Shown: positions 47,923 to 61,200 of the stretch, one piece after another
Layout of the letters: every line of letters begins with the position of its first letter
Numbering within the stretch: position 1 is the stretch's first letter
Program-made: the position numbers and the translations under genes
NCBI GenBank assembly: GCA_904063045.1
Contig: CAJFCJ010000007.1
Span: forward strand, 244,819-308,818
DNA length: 64,000 nt
Direction of reading: 5' to 3'
From: Dimorphilus gyrociliatus
Taxonomy: Eukaryota > Animalia > Annelida
Notes under the pieces: generated by a model
The model's database searches: none
What the model was told of the DNA's origin: nothing
What the model saw: only the letters and a program-made list of their open reading frames with translations

Positions 47923-50900
47923 CTTTTCTCCACCCAAAATTAACGAAACGTTAAAAAAAATACTGCAAAACTGTATATATCTGCTCTTGTTCAATTTATA
48001 TTCATTTATTGCGTTCTAGTCATAAAATTTATGAAATTATGAAAATTATAATTTTGTATATTTAAAACTTTTCTAGCTAACAAAATCCTCACGGGCAATC
48101 AATGACCTTCTAAATATAGTCTCTTCCCTTGAAGAAGACTTCCACGAAGAGGACTTGAACCCTTCTAAGATCCTTATGAATTAAGTTTCTATAAGTAGAA
48201 TCTGCCAAATTAATGTTGAGATAAGGTAATGAGAAGGCAAAGAAGAAAAAGAGACTGGAATGGAAAGAGAGAGGCAAGTAGATAGATAAACTGACAGGGA
48301 AAAAAAAGAGATGAAGTAAGGAAAGTCAATGTGACATAATAAAAATAGCGAATGGAGAATATTGCTAACGCAACCTCGAACTTCTACAAACACTTTAAGA
48401 GGGGGTTCTTACAACAATTAGCAATAGAGTATAAAAGAAAGAGATGCTTTAAAATGTCTTTATTACCCTATGCGTAAGGTGATGGTGAAAGGGCCCTTAA
48501 ATGATGACACTTTTCCGCCCTTCAAATGTCGTATGAAAGCGACAGTGAGTGTATTCTATGTCCAAGATCGATCGATGTCACAAATTGAGAGCCGATAGAC
48601 GCTTGGCATGAAGTTTCCGACGTCACTTTTTTTTTATTGATAAAATAAAAGAGGAAAAAAATGTTTATTTCCATCGAATAGCTGAGAATCCTTCTCAGAC
48701 AGTTTTAGATACTATTTTTAAAATAGAGGATAATAAGAAACGACTTGTTTTGCCTATAAACATTTAACCTACGGAAAAGATGCTTTATAATAATAGATCT
48801 TTTGTTAACTTTTATGATATTTTATCGGCAAATTAATGTACCTACAAATCAATAATATATTCAATATTCTTTGAAATCGACTCTACCAATTTATATACAA
48901 TATTCTTATTGTAAAGTAGCTACGCACTAGTTTCAATCTTTATCGTCCTTGAATTCGTATTTTAGTTTTCTCTATTTTAAACTCAAAACCATCTTCGAAG
49001 TAATTGTCTTTCAATAACTAATTTACGATTTATTAAGGGGATATAATTCGTAAAGGTGAAGGACAATAAGGTCGTTATTCTACCTCTTACGTTTCCATAT
49101 GGTTGGCAAGAGGTGATACCGGATTTTTGACTGTTAGTTAACTTAAGGAAAATTGGATTCCTTCGTTTCTAATCCCGCTAAAGCTGCTTTTGTGTAATTA
49201 AACTAATTTAATTTCGCCCGGCGTCTTACAAACAAATTATAAAAGCGCCGTCTATCGGTATCGCGTAGAATTTCCAATTTGGCATTTGTTAAGTGAAGGG
49301 CGCTTGTAGAAGTTATGTTTCATACGCGTTAAAAGCAAGATATTGTTTGTACATTGGTTTCTTTTTATAAAAGAGAAAAGAAGACAAAAAATGAAGCTAC
49401 TAAAAAGAAAGTAAGTTGAGTTAATGTTGTATAAGAGAGACAATGTAAAATAGAAAATATTTTACCTCTTTTTTTGTTTATATTTAACAAAAACATTTTT
49501 TTTAATTACTTAATTTCACCTTTTATCTATAAAAAATATTGTTAATATTGATATTTTATATGACTGCTATAGTTGAAAATATTACAAAAAGCTATTTAAG
49601 AGGCTTATATCAGTGCATCTCGGGTCCATTTAATAGGAGTAAAAGATTAAAATAAGGGGTTTATGAATAGATAGTATTATTTTATCGAATAATCGTTTTA
49701 AGGCTATGACTCCTCGGTATAAAATAACAACAATATAAGTTAGTATATATGGAGCATACGTCTATGTATGTGCACTTATTTATAAAAGGGTACATGAATA
49801 AAATAAAAATAGAGAGCTATTTGTTTCGTCTTGCCAACTTGTGCTACTAAATTTCTCTCAACAACTCTAGTTCAATCCTCGACAGGCCTATATACAGTGC
49901 AATTGGTCTCTAAAGGCCTTCCATCATTTCTATATTTCTAGGCAAAAAAAATATAAAGCATAGATGACAGAAACAAGAATGAAACGATTCTCCTTTTCTG
50001 CAAAAATTACATTACGTCTGGTATAAATTTAATAGATTAGCTTATTTATTCGTTTTGTTTTGTTTCAATTTTATAAGTGAAAACATAGTGGAAGTAGAGA
50101 GTAAAGGGAAGAATAATAAGTGGAAAAAATAGTAAAGAGAAGTTGTACTAATAGCAGTTGTAACTGTAGCTTGCCTAAAAAACTAAAGAGAAAGCAACAT
50201 AAATGTGAGAAAAAATAAGGAAATAAATAAAAAAAGAGAAGAAGAAGCAGGCGATACGAAAGGGGATAAGAGAAAATAAATAAGTGCTTTATTAAGTTTA
50301 GCATACGACAATTTTGATTACCTTTGCTTTAGATAAAAAAAAAATGAAGAAACTTATACAATGATCAAACTATCTTTTCTTACAAATTCAATATTTATGG
50401 ATCTATAATAAACAAGCTACAGTTTGAATGTTTACACAACCGTTGACAAACAGTCTATAGAATGGACTATAATTCTTAAAGCTTTCTTTTTCCTTTTTTT
50501 TTAAGAGAAATTCTCTAACAGTAGTTTATTTAGGAAAAGAAGAAAGAAATTGATAAATTTTCTTTCGTAGTAATAATTTACTTAAATATTCATAAATAAT
50601 TTTTTTATTGTTTTATATCTGTACAATAGGAAAAAGAGATATTTGTATGAATAAATATCTATAATAATAGATTAATCAATTGATAAATATGTAGAAATGT
50701 TTAGAGTTCTTTAAAAGCAGAATAAGAGGATATAGGTGATCAAGTTTATTAAATATTCATTGGTCCATGGCGATGAATCGACGCGAAAACAATCGCCTTG
50801 CGCGAAATTGTGATCAATTCTTAGTATACCTACGAGAAATGTTCGTTTTTCGTTGGCTCCCTTATCAGTTACAGATAAGGCGTCCTTGGAGAGTACTTTG

Positions 50901-51737
50901 CATGCTAAAAAATTGCAGGAAAGGAGACCCTCACTCCTCATCCCGTCCAACTTTGTCTCTTTTATCAGCTCTTTTTAAAATTGTACGGCGTCTCCTATGC
51001 TAATTTTACTTGCTATTTTTTAGTACAAGTCTGTTGCGTAAATAATAACGCCATCTAGGGCTGACTAAGAAGTATATTGTACGATTGATCCAGGCTGATT
51101 GCTCCAGTTTATCTTACAATTAAATCACATAAAATACATAAATCTGTATAAATCGATATGAAATTGAAGAGAAATTTGGAGGGAAAGCTCTATCGCATTG
51201 GCTAATATACTTATTAATTATCGTTAGACGCATAGGCCTATTTCTCATTAATTACTGGTCGATTTTCCCTCAGTGTTTTATTGGCGGTGAGACAGTTGAA
51301 ACGTTATTAGCTTTCCAAGAAAAAAAGATATCTTTCTAATTTAGTATATATATAAATATATTAGTATATATACTGTATATATATAAATTTATATACTGTA
51401 TGTAGGGCATATTTAAAGAAATAAAACTTTACGTGCATATGAATATTTAATTATATATATGAAGTATGTTTATAGCAAGTTCTTTTTTTGCTTGAGTCGA
51501 TATCACACAAACTGTAACAAAGGCAAAATAGCTGGTATGAAGAAAAGGCGTCAAAAGGTTATTGACTATTAGAATTACCCTTCTCTAAAGTCGACCAATA
51601 AATTAGTTTACTTTTTTTTAAAAATAACATACCGTTAAAACCTTTAGCATAAAGAGCGTTACTTTTTTATTATATGTACTGTATATATACAAAATATAAG
51701 AGATTAAAGAGGTGAAGTAAAATACCATCTCTCTCTT

Positions 51738-51768
<31 letters not shown>

Positions 51769-52674
51769 ACTACTTTCGTTTTGGAGTAAAATGGTAATTT
51801 CTTGTTTTATTTTTCCAAAAGAATAAAAAAGGAATAATACCGAAAGATAAATGCAAAATCTTTAAGGAAGTGAACGTTTTGTAGCATAAAGTTTTTTTTA
51901 TCTAATTTAGGAGGAGTGAAGAAAAGCTAACCAAAGCTTTTAGGCAAATGGAAGGATAGTAGAGAGGGTAAAAAAAATTTGCTATAAAACTATGTACAAA
52001 GCGAAATTTGAATGGTACTTTTTCTATTTAGTAATTTTTGAGGGGTAATTTTCTATGAATTTTTCCAATCTATCCTTCATAAGTGCGTATTCGATACAAC
52101 TATTATTCCTCTATAAATGACTGTACAATTATCTTTCCACGATCACATGATTCCGTAATGGAGAGTTGTTTGTTACCGATAGATGTAGAGAAAAAGAAAG
52201 AGAGATAGATTAGGGAGTGGTTGGTAGAAGGGGAATGATCGAGTGGATGAGAGATTTTCGTAATATACAATTATCTCTTTTTACTTCTGGTCCTTATTAT
52301 GCATTCATTGCATCATATTTTTACATAATTACCCTAAAATTTATTGCATAACCGTCTTTCGTGACTTCTTGACTATCTATCAAGCATTTTTAACCTGAGG
52401 GGGGTTTTCCATAAAGGCTAAATCTTACTTAACGATTGTTATTTTTCTTGGAAAAGGAGGAAAAAGGTGTTTTTAACTTTAACATCCACGCCCAATAATA
52501 AATTGAGTAAGAGCGTCGATCGAAGCGAAAAATAAGTTTGCCAAACTCCAAACCCTTTGTATAAGTTGTATAGTAAAAAATTTGGTTGGAATTCAATAAA
52601 TCAAGCCAAGCGAAACGAAACGCAGGGCTGCAAACAACAGCTGCAAAATCGCAATTGCCCGACAAACTCTCACT

Positions 52675-52860
52675 TATAAAAGCGACGCCTATCCATCAAA
52701 GGACTACGAGGCAACAAGTCGCCTTCTATCATTCCTTACTCACCCTCCCCCTCCTCCCCCTCATTCCTAAACTGACTCCCCTATATTTTATATAGTGAAT
52801 TTTTCAATACAGCTATCTCTCTCTTATTAACCCTCCACACGTTCGTTAGGCAAGGTAACA
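52675..52860 (+). promoter_or_regulatory. Candidate promoter and non-coding first exon for the LRRN-like gene
   Basis: TATAAAAG at 52675, TCF-like ATCAAAG near 52694, and donor AAG|GTAACA at 52855. An unpaired acceptor (...CATATAG at 56162) sits 21 nt before the LRRN ATG. The pairing is inferred. Confidence 0.3.
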
Positions 52861-55800
52861 ATGTATACTACTTCTGTCTTCTTTTCCGCCCATCTTGCCC
52901 GTTAGGGAATCAAGCGCTTTCAAGTGTATTATTTCCCTCGATAACCGCGAAAAATTGCGTTACTAAAACGATGCTGGTTTTTAGAAGCGCGTCTAGTCCT
53001 GACAAACGCCACGGAAGCCTGTTAAGTCGACTTGATCTGCGTGGCAGACTGCCGTTGACAGGCGTAGAAATGAAAGTGTCTCTTTTCGGTGAGAGACGAA
53101 AATTGCGAATTAGTTTAGTTTCCAACAGCGACGTAAAGAAATTGGTTAACTAAAGATTAACATAATACATAAAATGTAAATATATGCAATCCGTAGTAAA
53201 TAAATACGTGTACAATATCCAAATATTCAAACAGTCGAAACTAGTAGGCCTACAATAAGTATAAATACAGTATATATATACAGTATATATATGTATATAT
53301 CTTGTACACCATAGTTGTTTATAACAATACCTAATTACCATACTAATGCTAGTAGAGATAATATGCGACCTTAATAATAATAATAAACAAATGAAATAAC
53401 AGAGTATGTTTTTTTTTATACCAATCCCATCATTTATTGTAGGCCCAGTTTTCACGATCTATTCCAGTATGGCTTTGAGCCGTAATTAAGAAAGGGAATA
53501 AGAATATTTCATCATTTAAAATACTTAGAAAGATTGAAAATTATTTATATATATACTAAAAATCGTTCTACTCTTTGTAGTTATTCATTCCCAGCACATA
53601 TATATTACAGTATATATACTATATAAGTTAACAAGTTTTACATATATGCACTACATATACTAACTAGAGATATATACATACATATATACTGTACATATAT
53701 TAAAATGCTGACGCAACAAGCTTATTTAAACGGACAAACATGTTTTACCGTATACGAAAAGAGAGTGAGTCTATGCAAATGCAATTCAATAAGAAAGAAG
53801 ACTAGCTAACGAAAATGGACAGGGCACGTACAACTTTCGTCGACTAGAATATGAAGAGAAGTTTGCTAGGCATCAAACTAATTAACTGTATAGTAAAGTG
53901 ATTAGAGTTAATTGAACGATCGAGCCAAAATCGGATCACCTTTTTCTCACTCTCCCTCGTTCTGCTTTCTTATGTTCCTGTTTTCTTCTCTTCTCCCTTT
54001 CAATCACCTTTAACTCTTGTACCCTCTTAACCTGAAACAAAAGAGGGATTTACACTATCACCTTTATGTTTCGCATTGACCGTTTTCAGTAGAAAAAAAA
54101 ACATTATGCACTCATAGACTATACGCCAATGGCAAAATGGATGAAAATTGATTGCCGATCACGAGGTCGTTCTATGCAGGGCACAACGTAGCCAATTTCC
54201 GGTCAAATCGTCTTATTTTTCTTTAACGTTACCCAAAAAAAATTATAAATGGAAAGTAATAGTTTTTCCAGGTAGTAGGTAAAGTACAAGTACATTATAG
54301 TCTGTTATCACTTAGGTAACCTTATAGTATTGTTGAGTATAGGACAGTTTTTAATTACTTCCTTTTTTTCAACTTCCTCTTATCTATATTTAATAATTTC
54401 ATTACTTCCTCTCCTGCCATTTAATTAAAAAATATACCATGAGCGTTGTGTCAGAAAGAGGAAGACGAATGATGTATCGCCTTGTTTTTTTTTTTACCGG
54501 TTGAAAATTTAGAAACAGAAAGAAAAACTAGAGCGATTCCTTACAATTCACGGTTCGCGTTTCATCAAACGATTACTGGGCGTCTAATTACTGCAAAACA
54601 GACGAAAAATACTGAATAGATTACTAATCAGTTTGATAATGATCACTTTTATTCTACTTATAGTCAAGTCACTGCCTTTTCTTACTAAAATAAATTTAAG
54701 TAATTTTCATTTTAAAGGGATTGCGCAATAGAGAGATATAGATGGCGCTGTTTGATTTTACCATCTGTAGAAGTTTTTCTAGATGTATTTCTAATAGTAC
54801 GTATGCACACTTAAACGGATAATACATAGATAATATATTATTGACCTATTAAGGAAACAATAACATTTACATTGAAAAACAATAATATTTGATTGATAAT
54901 TTGAAAATTGAATAGCTCTCACAGAAAACTCAGATAGAAGAATCGTTCAATGAGTATGTCCTTTAAACAATAAACGTTTTCTTAAGAAGAGAAAAGGGTT
55001 AATAAAGAAAGGAGAATTTTGATTTAACAAAAATAAATTACAAGTTTTTTATGGTAAGAGTGACCATCACTTTATATGATTATCAATTAAGTGGAAAAAA
55101 GTACCGATTGAAATGAATTTACTGAAGCGGAAAGGCTTAGAGAGAACATTAAACTAAACAGTTTCGGATGAGGTTCTAAAATAGAATGAAGGGAAGTATA
55201 GCTCCTTCTAAGCAAAGCAACAAACTCGAATGTGTAATGCTGCTGAAGCGAGACAAACTTCGTTTGCCATTCCAGCGTTCGGCTAATTTGCTGCTTGTTT
55301 GCAGTTGAAGGCTATAGCTAACGAGATAGTTTTGGTAGCATAAATTTTTGAACACATCTTTTTCCCAAACCGAAATTTTGTTATTTACTTTAAAATATTG
55401 TATGTCTTGACAAACAAACAAAGAAATATCTATTTATTATATAGATTCAGTTCTAATCTATAATATTTTCAAGTCTAATTACTTGTTATCATATCCCTGT
55501 CATAAAAATACAATGCTTTTGAAAAATTCGCATACCTTCGTGACAAACCTTGACAAACTGTAATTTGTAATAAATTGGTAAGCTATAACGGGTAAATATA
55601 CATCAAGTAGCCTTAAGTGCTTCTGCTATGTCGACCTAATTCAATTTGTTTGCAAAATTCATCGAATCTGTGGTTCTACGCAGTCTCTCCTACTGAGAGA
55701 GATTTCCAGTGAATTCTGTCAAGTTTCTAAAACTTTTGCCTAATGCAATTCGCCCATTCTTTATAGTTTAATAGATTGCTAAATAGGGTTCGTTTTAAAA

Positions 55801-56183
55801 ACTAGTAAAAGAATAGGAAAAGAATGATAAGTATAAAATGGTAATTATCAATTATACCTTTCTCTTATTCTATCATACTCTTCAAAGAGAAGTTCAATAT
55901 GAATTACAATCCAGTTTTTTAGGGACAACCTTACTTTCAAAGTCATCTACCTATTGTAATCATCTGCAATTTACAGTTTTATTCGATCTGATATACTAAA
56001 ATCAATTTAGAGATGGTCAAGGAAAGAAAGCCAGTGAAACTGTTTAATATCAAGGATAGATTCTAGAAAATACAGTTTATTATTACCTTTCCACTACTCT
56101 TTTAGTTCTTTTTATTATATACATTTCATTTAACTATCTCTTATTAATTATCAAACATATAGAGCTTGTTTTCTTTTTGCCTA

Positions 56184-58299
56184 ATGAGGTTTTATTTTCC
56201 GTACAGCTTAAAAAATCTTTTCTTCTTGATTTTCCACTTTACTCTCTCATTACCGTGTCCAGAAATGTGCAGCTGCAAATTAGTCAATTCAACTACGTGC
56301 TTGGAAAGCGGGAATTTTGTGGTTGACTGCAGCGATGGAGAACTTTCCGATCAGATAAAGGGGTTAGGAGACGCCAACGCTTTGGATTTGTCTCGTAATC
56401 ATTTTGAGCTGAGACAAGTTCTGGAACTTGTACGAGAAATGAATAACTTAAATAAATTGACAGCAAGATGGAATCATATTCACACTCTAGATGGCGCCTA
56501 CTTACCTGTTTCATTAAGGTTTAAACTTTAGCTTAATGAAAATAAGGAACAATACTCATAATTTTATTCTAAAACAGATGTTTAAGCTTTTCAAATAACA
56601 TCATTGAATCCATTCGAAAAGGCTTCTTTAATCATTTAAAGAATCTCCAAAGTTTGGATATCTCCAGGAATCGGATTGAAATCTTGAATGACGATATTTT
56701 CATAGGCCTAATCGATTTAAAATATCTAGATCTCAGTGGAAACTTAATATTTGATGTTTCAAATTGGATTGGCAGTTTAACAGAGTTAAGGACATTGGTA
56801 TTATCAAGAAACGATATCACAGTAATAGAAGATTATACATTCCAACATTTACATTTATTAGAAAAGATTGATTTGAGTTTGAACCGATTAAATCATATTC
56901 ATAGCAAAGCATTTTTAAATTTACATAGTTTAAAGCTGTTAAATCTTAGTCATAATCATCTAGAAAGAGTACCCTATGCTCTCAAATTGTTAAAGTTAGA
57001 GTCTTTGGACTTATCTCATAATTCAATCCGAATTGTTCATGAGGACGATTTTTGTTTCTCAATTACAAATGAATTAATATTAAAAGGGAATAAATTAATA
57101 TTAATTGATTCTCAATCGTTCTGCCAATTACATGCTCAAATTTTGGATTTCTCTCATAATAGTCAGTTAGTTTATATCGATAGAAATGCTTGGATAAATG
57201 CAACTTCTTTAACAACATTCAATTTAATTGGCAGTAAACTCACAGCTTTGGAAGATAATCTATTGAATTCTGCACCAAATTTAAAAGAAATATACATAGA
57301 TAACGACATCTTAAATTGCGATTGTGGCGTTAACAAGCTCATAAACTTTATCAACACTACAAATTGTATTGATGCACCATCGACTTGTAAACCTCGAATA
57401 ATTTCGCATCTACTACCAAATAGATTGGTTGTCGATTTAGGTGGATCAGTAAAATTATTTTGTAGAGCTGTAGGCGATCCACACCCCAATATCGCGTGGA
57501 ATGGGAAATTACCGATTATTGGTAGAAATTTAGAAATTGATTTTCTTGAAAAAAAACATCAGGGAAACTATAATTGTACTGCAAAAAATGTTTATGGCCA
57601 AGATTCTGCTACAGTAACAATTATTGTACGAAACTTACACGCAAAGGTTAAAATTATTAGCATTTTATAATTCACCTAACGATATTAATTATATCCCTCC
57701 AAATATTTTTCTACTTTTAGGTGCTTATTATGAAAGTGACGTCACACTCAGTAACAGTGGGTTGGAGAGCTAATTCCTCTTCTTACGAGAGGAGTTATGA
57801 AATTCTTTATAGAAGACATAAAGAGCACAATACCAGCTCCTATAGTTCGGTTGAGCTTCAACCATATATGAGGGAATATACCATCTCTAAATTGTCGCCT
57901 AGAACCAAATATGAATTTTGCATGGCGGCCAAGCATGGTAGTGACTTAATTCCTCTGCATTGCAAGAAGGTAGCAACGAGGGCAGTTAGCTACGAGCGCT
58001 TAGGGATATTGAGCGCCAGAAATTATGTAATAACAGGAGCTATTGGCTGCATAATTACATTGACAGCAGCGTTTTGTGGCTTGGGTATTCTTGTTAGAAA
58101 GTTCAATAAAAAGAAACGCTTGCAAGACAACCTTTACGCTGCAAACGAACATTCCTCACAAACCTTTCTTGCACAGATGGATGCAATGATGTGTGATGAC
58201 GTAACCACACCAATTACATTTGAAAACCGAATAGCTCAATTTTTTGAAGAAAATGAAGAAGATAGTGATATCTACCAAACTGCTAATACGCCAACTTAA
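56184..58299 (+). CDS. LRRN/NLRR-like LRR-Ig-FN3 transmembrane protein
   Basis: Exons 56184-56518, 56578-57646 and 57721-58299, phase-consistent. Signal peptide, LRRNT (CPEMCSC...VDCS), about 12 LxxLxLSxNxI repeats, LRRCT (NCDC), Ig (LFCRAVGDPHPNIAW...GNYNCTAKN), FN3 (VTSHSVTVGW...LSPRTKYEFC), TM (YVITGAIGCIITLTAAFCGLGILV), short acidic tail. Confidence 0.9.
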
Positions 58300-61200
58300 A
58301 ATATACAGTATACTGTATAGATTTGAATATGTATATATACTAAAAGATAACAATCAGACAGACAAACAAGACATGTTTATACACATTGAATGTTATATTC
58401 GCTGTTTCTGTTACATAATATCTTGTATAAATACATATAAATTATTCATATGTTTAATACTTTTATATAGATAACTGTTTTTATTAATTATGGATAGATT
58501 TAATACAAAAAGAACTCTTTCATTTCTCTATTTACAATATATAGAGTATATATGTATTGTATTTACAAATAGTTCGAATTTTACTCTTAGAAAAAAAGAT
58601 CTTTTTCCTATTCTCCTAATCTATTCCCACGTGATCGCTCACCCTTATTCTCTTTTTAAGTAAAGTATTGTAAAAAGATCAAAGATTCCATAGTTAAAGT
58701 AATAAAAGAACTGTTGAATCTTGAAAGAATCCCCATTGTTTATAAGCCTTTAAATTCTCTACATTCTTAATCTTTCTTTCAGAATGACTTTTAGATATTT
58801 GAAATATTTAAAGAATTTAACATATTTTCACCTAAGGTGACAGACTGTTATAAACTCTATCCGTATACAATTAAAGAACGCTCCAAAAATACTCTTTATT
58901 TAACCGCAAGATGGCGACTTCTTACACTCTATATAGAGTAAAGAGTGGTAGACTACGATGGCAATTATGATATATTGATATCTCTACGTATTGAAAAGAT
59001 AATAGCTAAACAGACTATATAAATTAATTATTAAATAGTTCAAATAGAACTTGTATAAATATAAACAAACATTGTATATAGAATCTTAATTGAGAGGAGT
59101 AAATATCATAAAAGATTAGCGCTATTAATTGAAAATAAAAGTCTAAAAACAAAAGCTATTCTAACTATCTTATATCTGCTGAATAAGGTAAAACAAACCG
59201 AAATAAATTTGCATAAATTAAAAAGAAAATTCAATTTTGTATTCTTTCTCTTCTTTCTCCTATAAATAAAATAGTATTTTCTGATTAAAATATTAATAAA
59301 TAATAATAATTTTACCTTTCAATTAACTTTAAGAAAATCGTTTATTAACTAAACATATCAATATAAATCAATAAAACAGTGATTATCTGCATATTTCTTC
59401 TATAGAGACTAGTAAAATAACTATATAACTTATATACATAGAATAGTATATACTATATAAATACTTAAATACAAGGAATCATTCAGTTAAATGTAAATGA
59501 ATATTTTTTATTTTTAGGAGAATAGTACTAGCAATTTCTATTTTTAGAAGGTTAATGGGGGCTAGAAAATTAAGGTCAATATATAGGAATCTTAGATCAA
59601 TATTTTTCTCATTAACGGAAAAATATGTCGGCACCTTTCGTTTTTTTTTTCTTTATTCCCAAAAAACAACCCGTCAAGGCTTTACTCGGATAAAAAGGAT
59701 GCCCTACAGGTAAGATTCGATAACAACGGGTCGACACGTTCTTTCTACTCTCCTTCAACAATGGATTAGTTAGCGACTCCCTCCTGAGAATAACTTTTCC
59801 CTCTTATTAATGCTTTTATTAACTAGAACCGTTTCGATCAAACTGTTAAGTTGTTACTTGTCATGTTCGGATGAGTTGTAATCAGCTGATTAATAAAACA
59901 TTTATAGCTACGTAATTGGCGTTGAATCGAGTTAAATATTTCAAGCGAAAATATCTAAAAAAAGATAGAATCGTACATTGAATAATAAGATGAGGTTAAA
60001 AGCTTTCTTCACTCTCCAGTATTAAACTTAACGAAAAAATTATTCAGCTATAACTAATCTAATGAAATCGAATTCTTCTCTCGACGTATTTTGCATACAT
60101 TAAATAACTGATTAATTAGGCTCTCCGGGACAACTATTGGAATTTTAAGAGCAAATCCCTATGTTTCTAATCTTTCCCCAAATGCATTCATTTTACTATC
60201 GTTAATCTAAGTTTTGGCTCGTAATTATTCTGAACCCTGTGCCTTTTTTAAACATCCCAAAGGATACTATGACATCTAAGGTTGGCGATAAATTAAAGGC
60301 ATTTGTTCAGTAAAGAGTAAATCTTTCAAATAGTTTTACTCTCATTCCATATGAATATAAAGAAAATATATTAATAACAAATGGCTACGCTAAAAGGGTC
60401 TCTTTATCTTTTATTAATCGTCTACAATAAAAAGCTAAGAGAAAGGAACGAGAGTAAAAGAGACAGAGATAGAGAGAGAGGTAGACAGAGGGAGAAAAAA
60501 GAACAAGTCTTAATAGAAAGATAGAAAGAAGGAGACAACACAGGAGAAGGAAGAGATAACTAGAGAAAGTAAATATCGTTGGAGAGCTTCATTATATACA
60601 GCAACATTCATCATTCTTTCAAAAATTAAGGGCCAAAAGAATATATTTTAAATAACTAGTATATATTTTAGCATTGAACCCTTATTGAGAAAATATGAGA
60701 TGTGAGACGACAAACAGGAAGTAATAGGTAATTCCCGAGAGACGACATCATACACTTAGACTTCTTCTTTGGTAAACAACCGATGCTGATGGAATTCGGA
60801 TAGAATTTCATTTTACAACGTTTATTATGAATCTTTAACTCTTATCATATATCTATATATATATTATTTTGCCCCGCTTTCAATGGCCTTGCCATACGTA
60901 ACTGTGTCTATAAAAATTTATACTATATATACAAAAAATTCTATATATGTATATTTGTTTATTTGTATACATTTGTCTTTCAATTAATCAATTATTATAT
61001 CCCTGTTGTATGCTCTAAACAGTAAGTTGATGAATAATTGAAGATATTGATTTCTTCCTAATGAACATGCGATAATTGCATGTATAATGAACTGCTAGAA
61101 TAAGCAAGGAATATAGGTATCAATAATTAGTTCGTATTTTATAGAAATAGCTTAATAAACACGTGACGAATAGCGCAATTAAAGTAAAAGCGACACCTGG

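Noticed and set aside
48495-48690. ATGATGA box C-like and CTGA box D-like motifs
   Set aside because: Long spacing, no terminal stem and no recognisable rRNA guide; an Rfam search would be needed.
50711-53153. Short ORFs at 50711-51003 and 52910-53153 on both strands
   Set aside because: No motifs and no consistent splice context. More likely GC-richer regulatory sequence.
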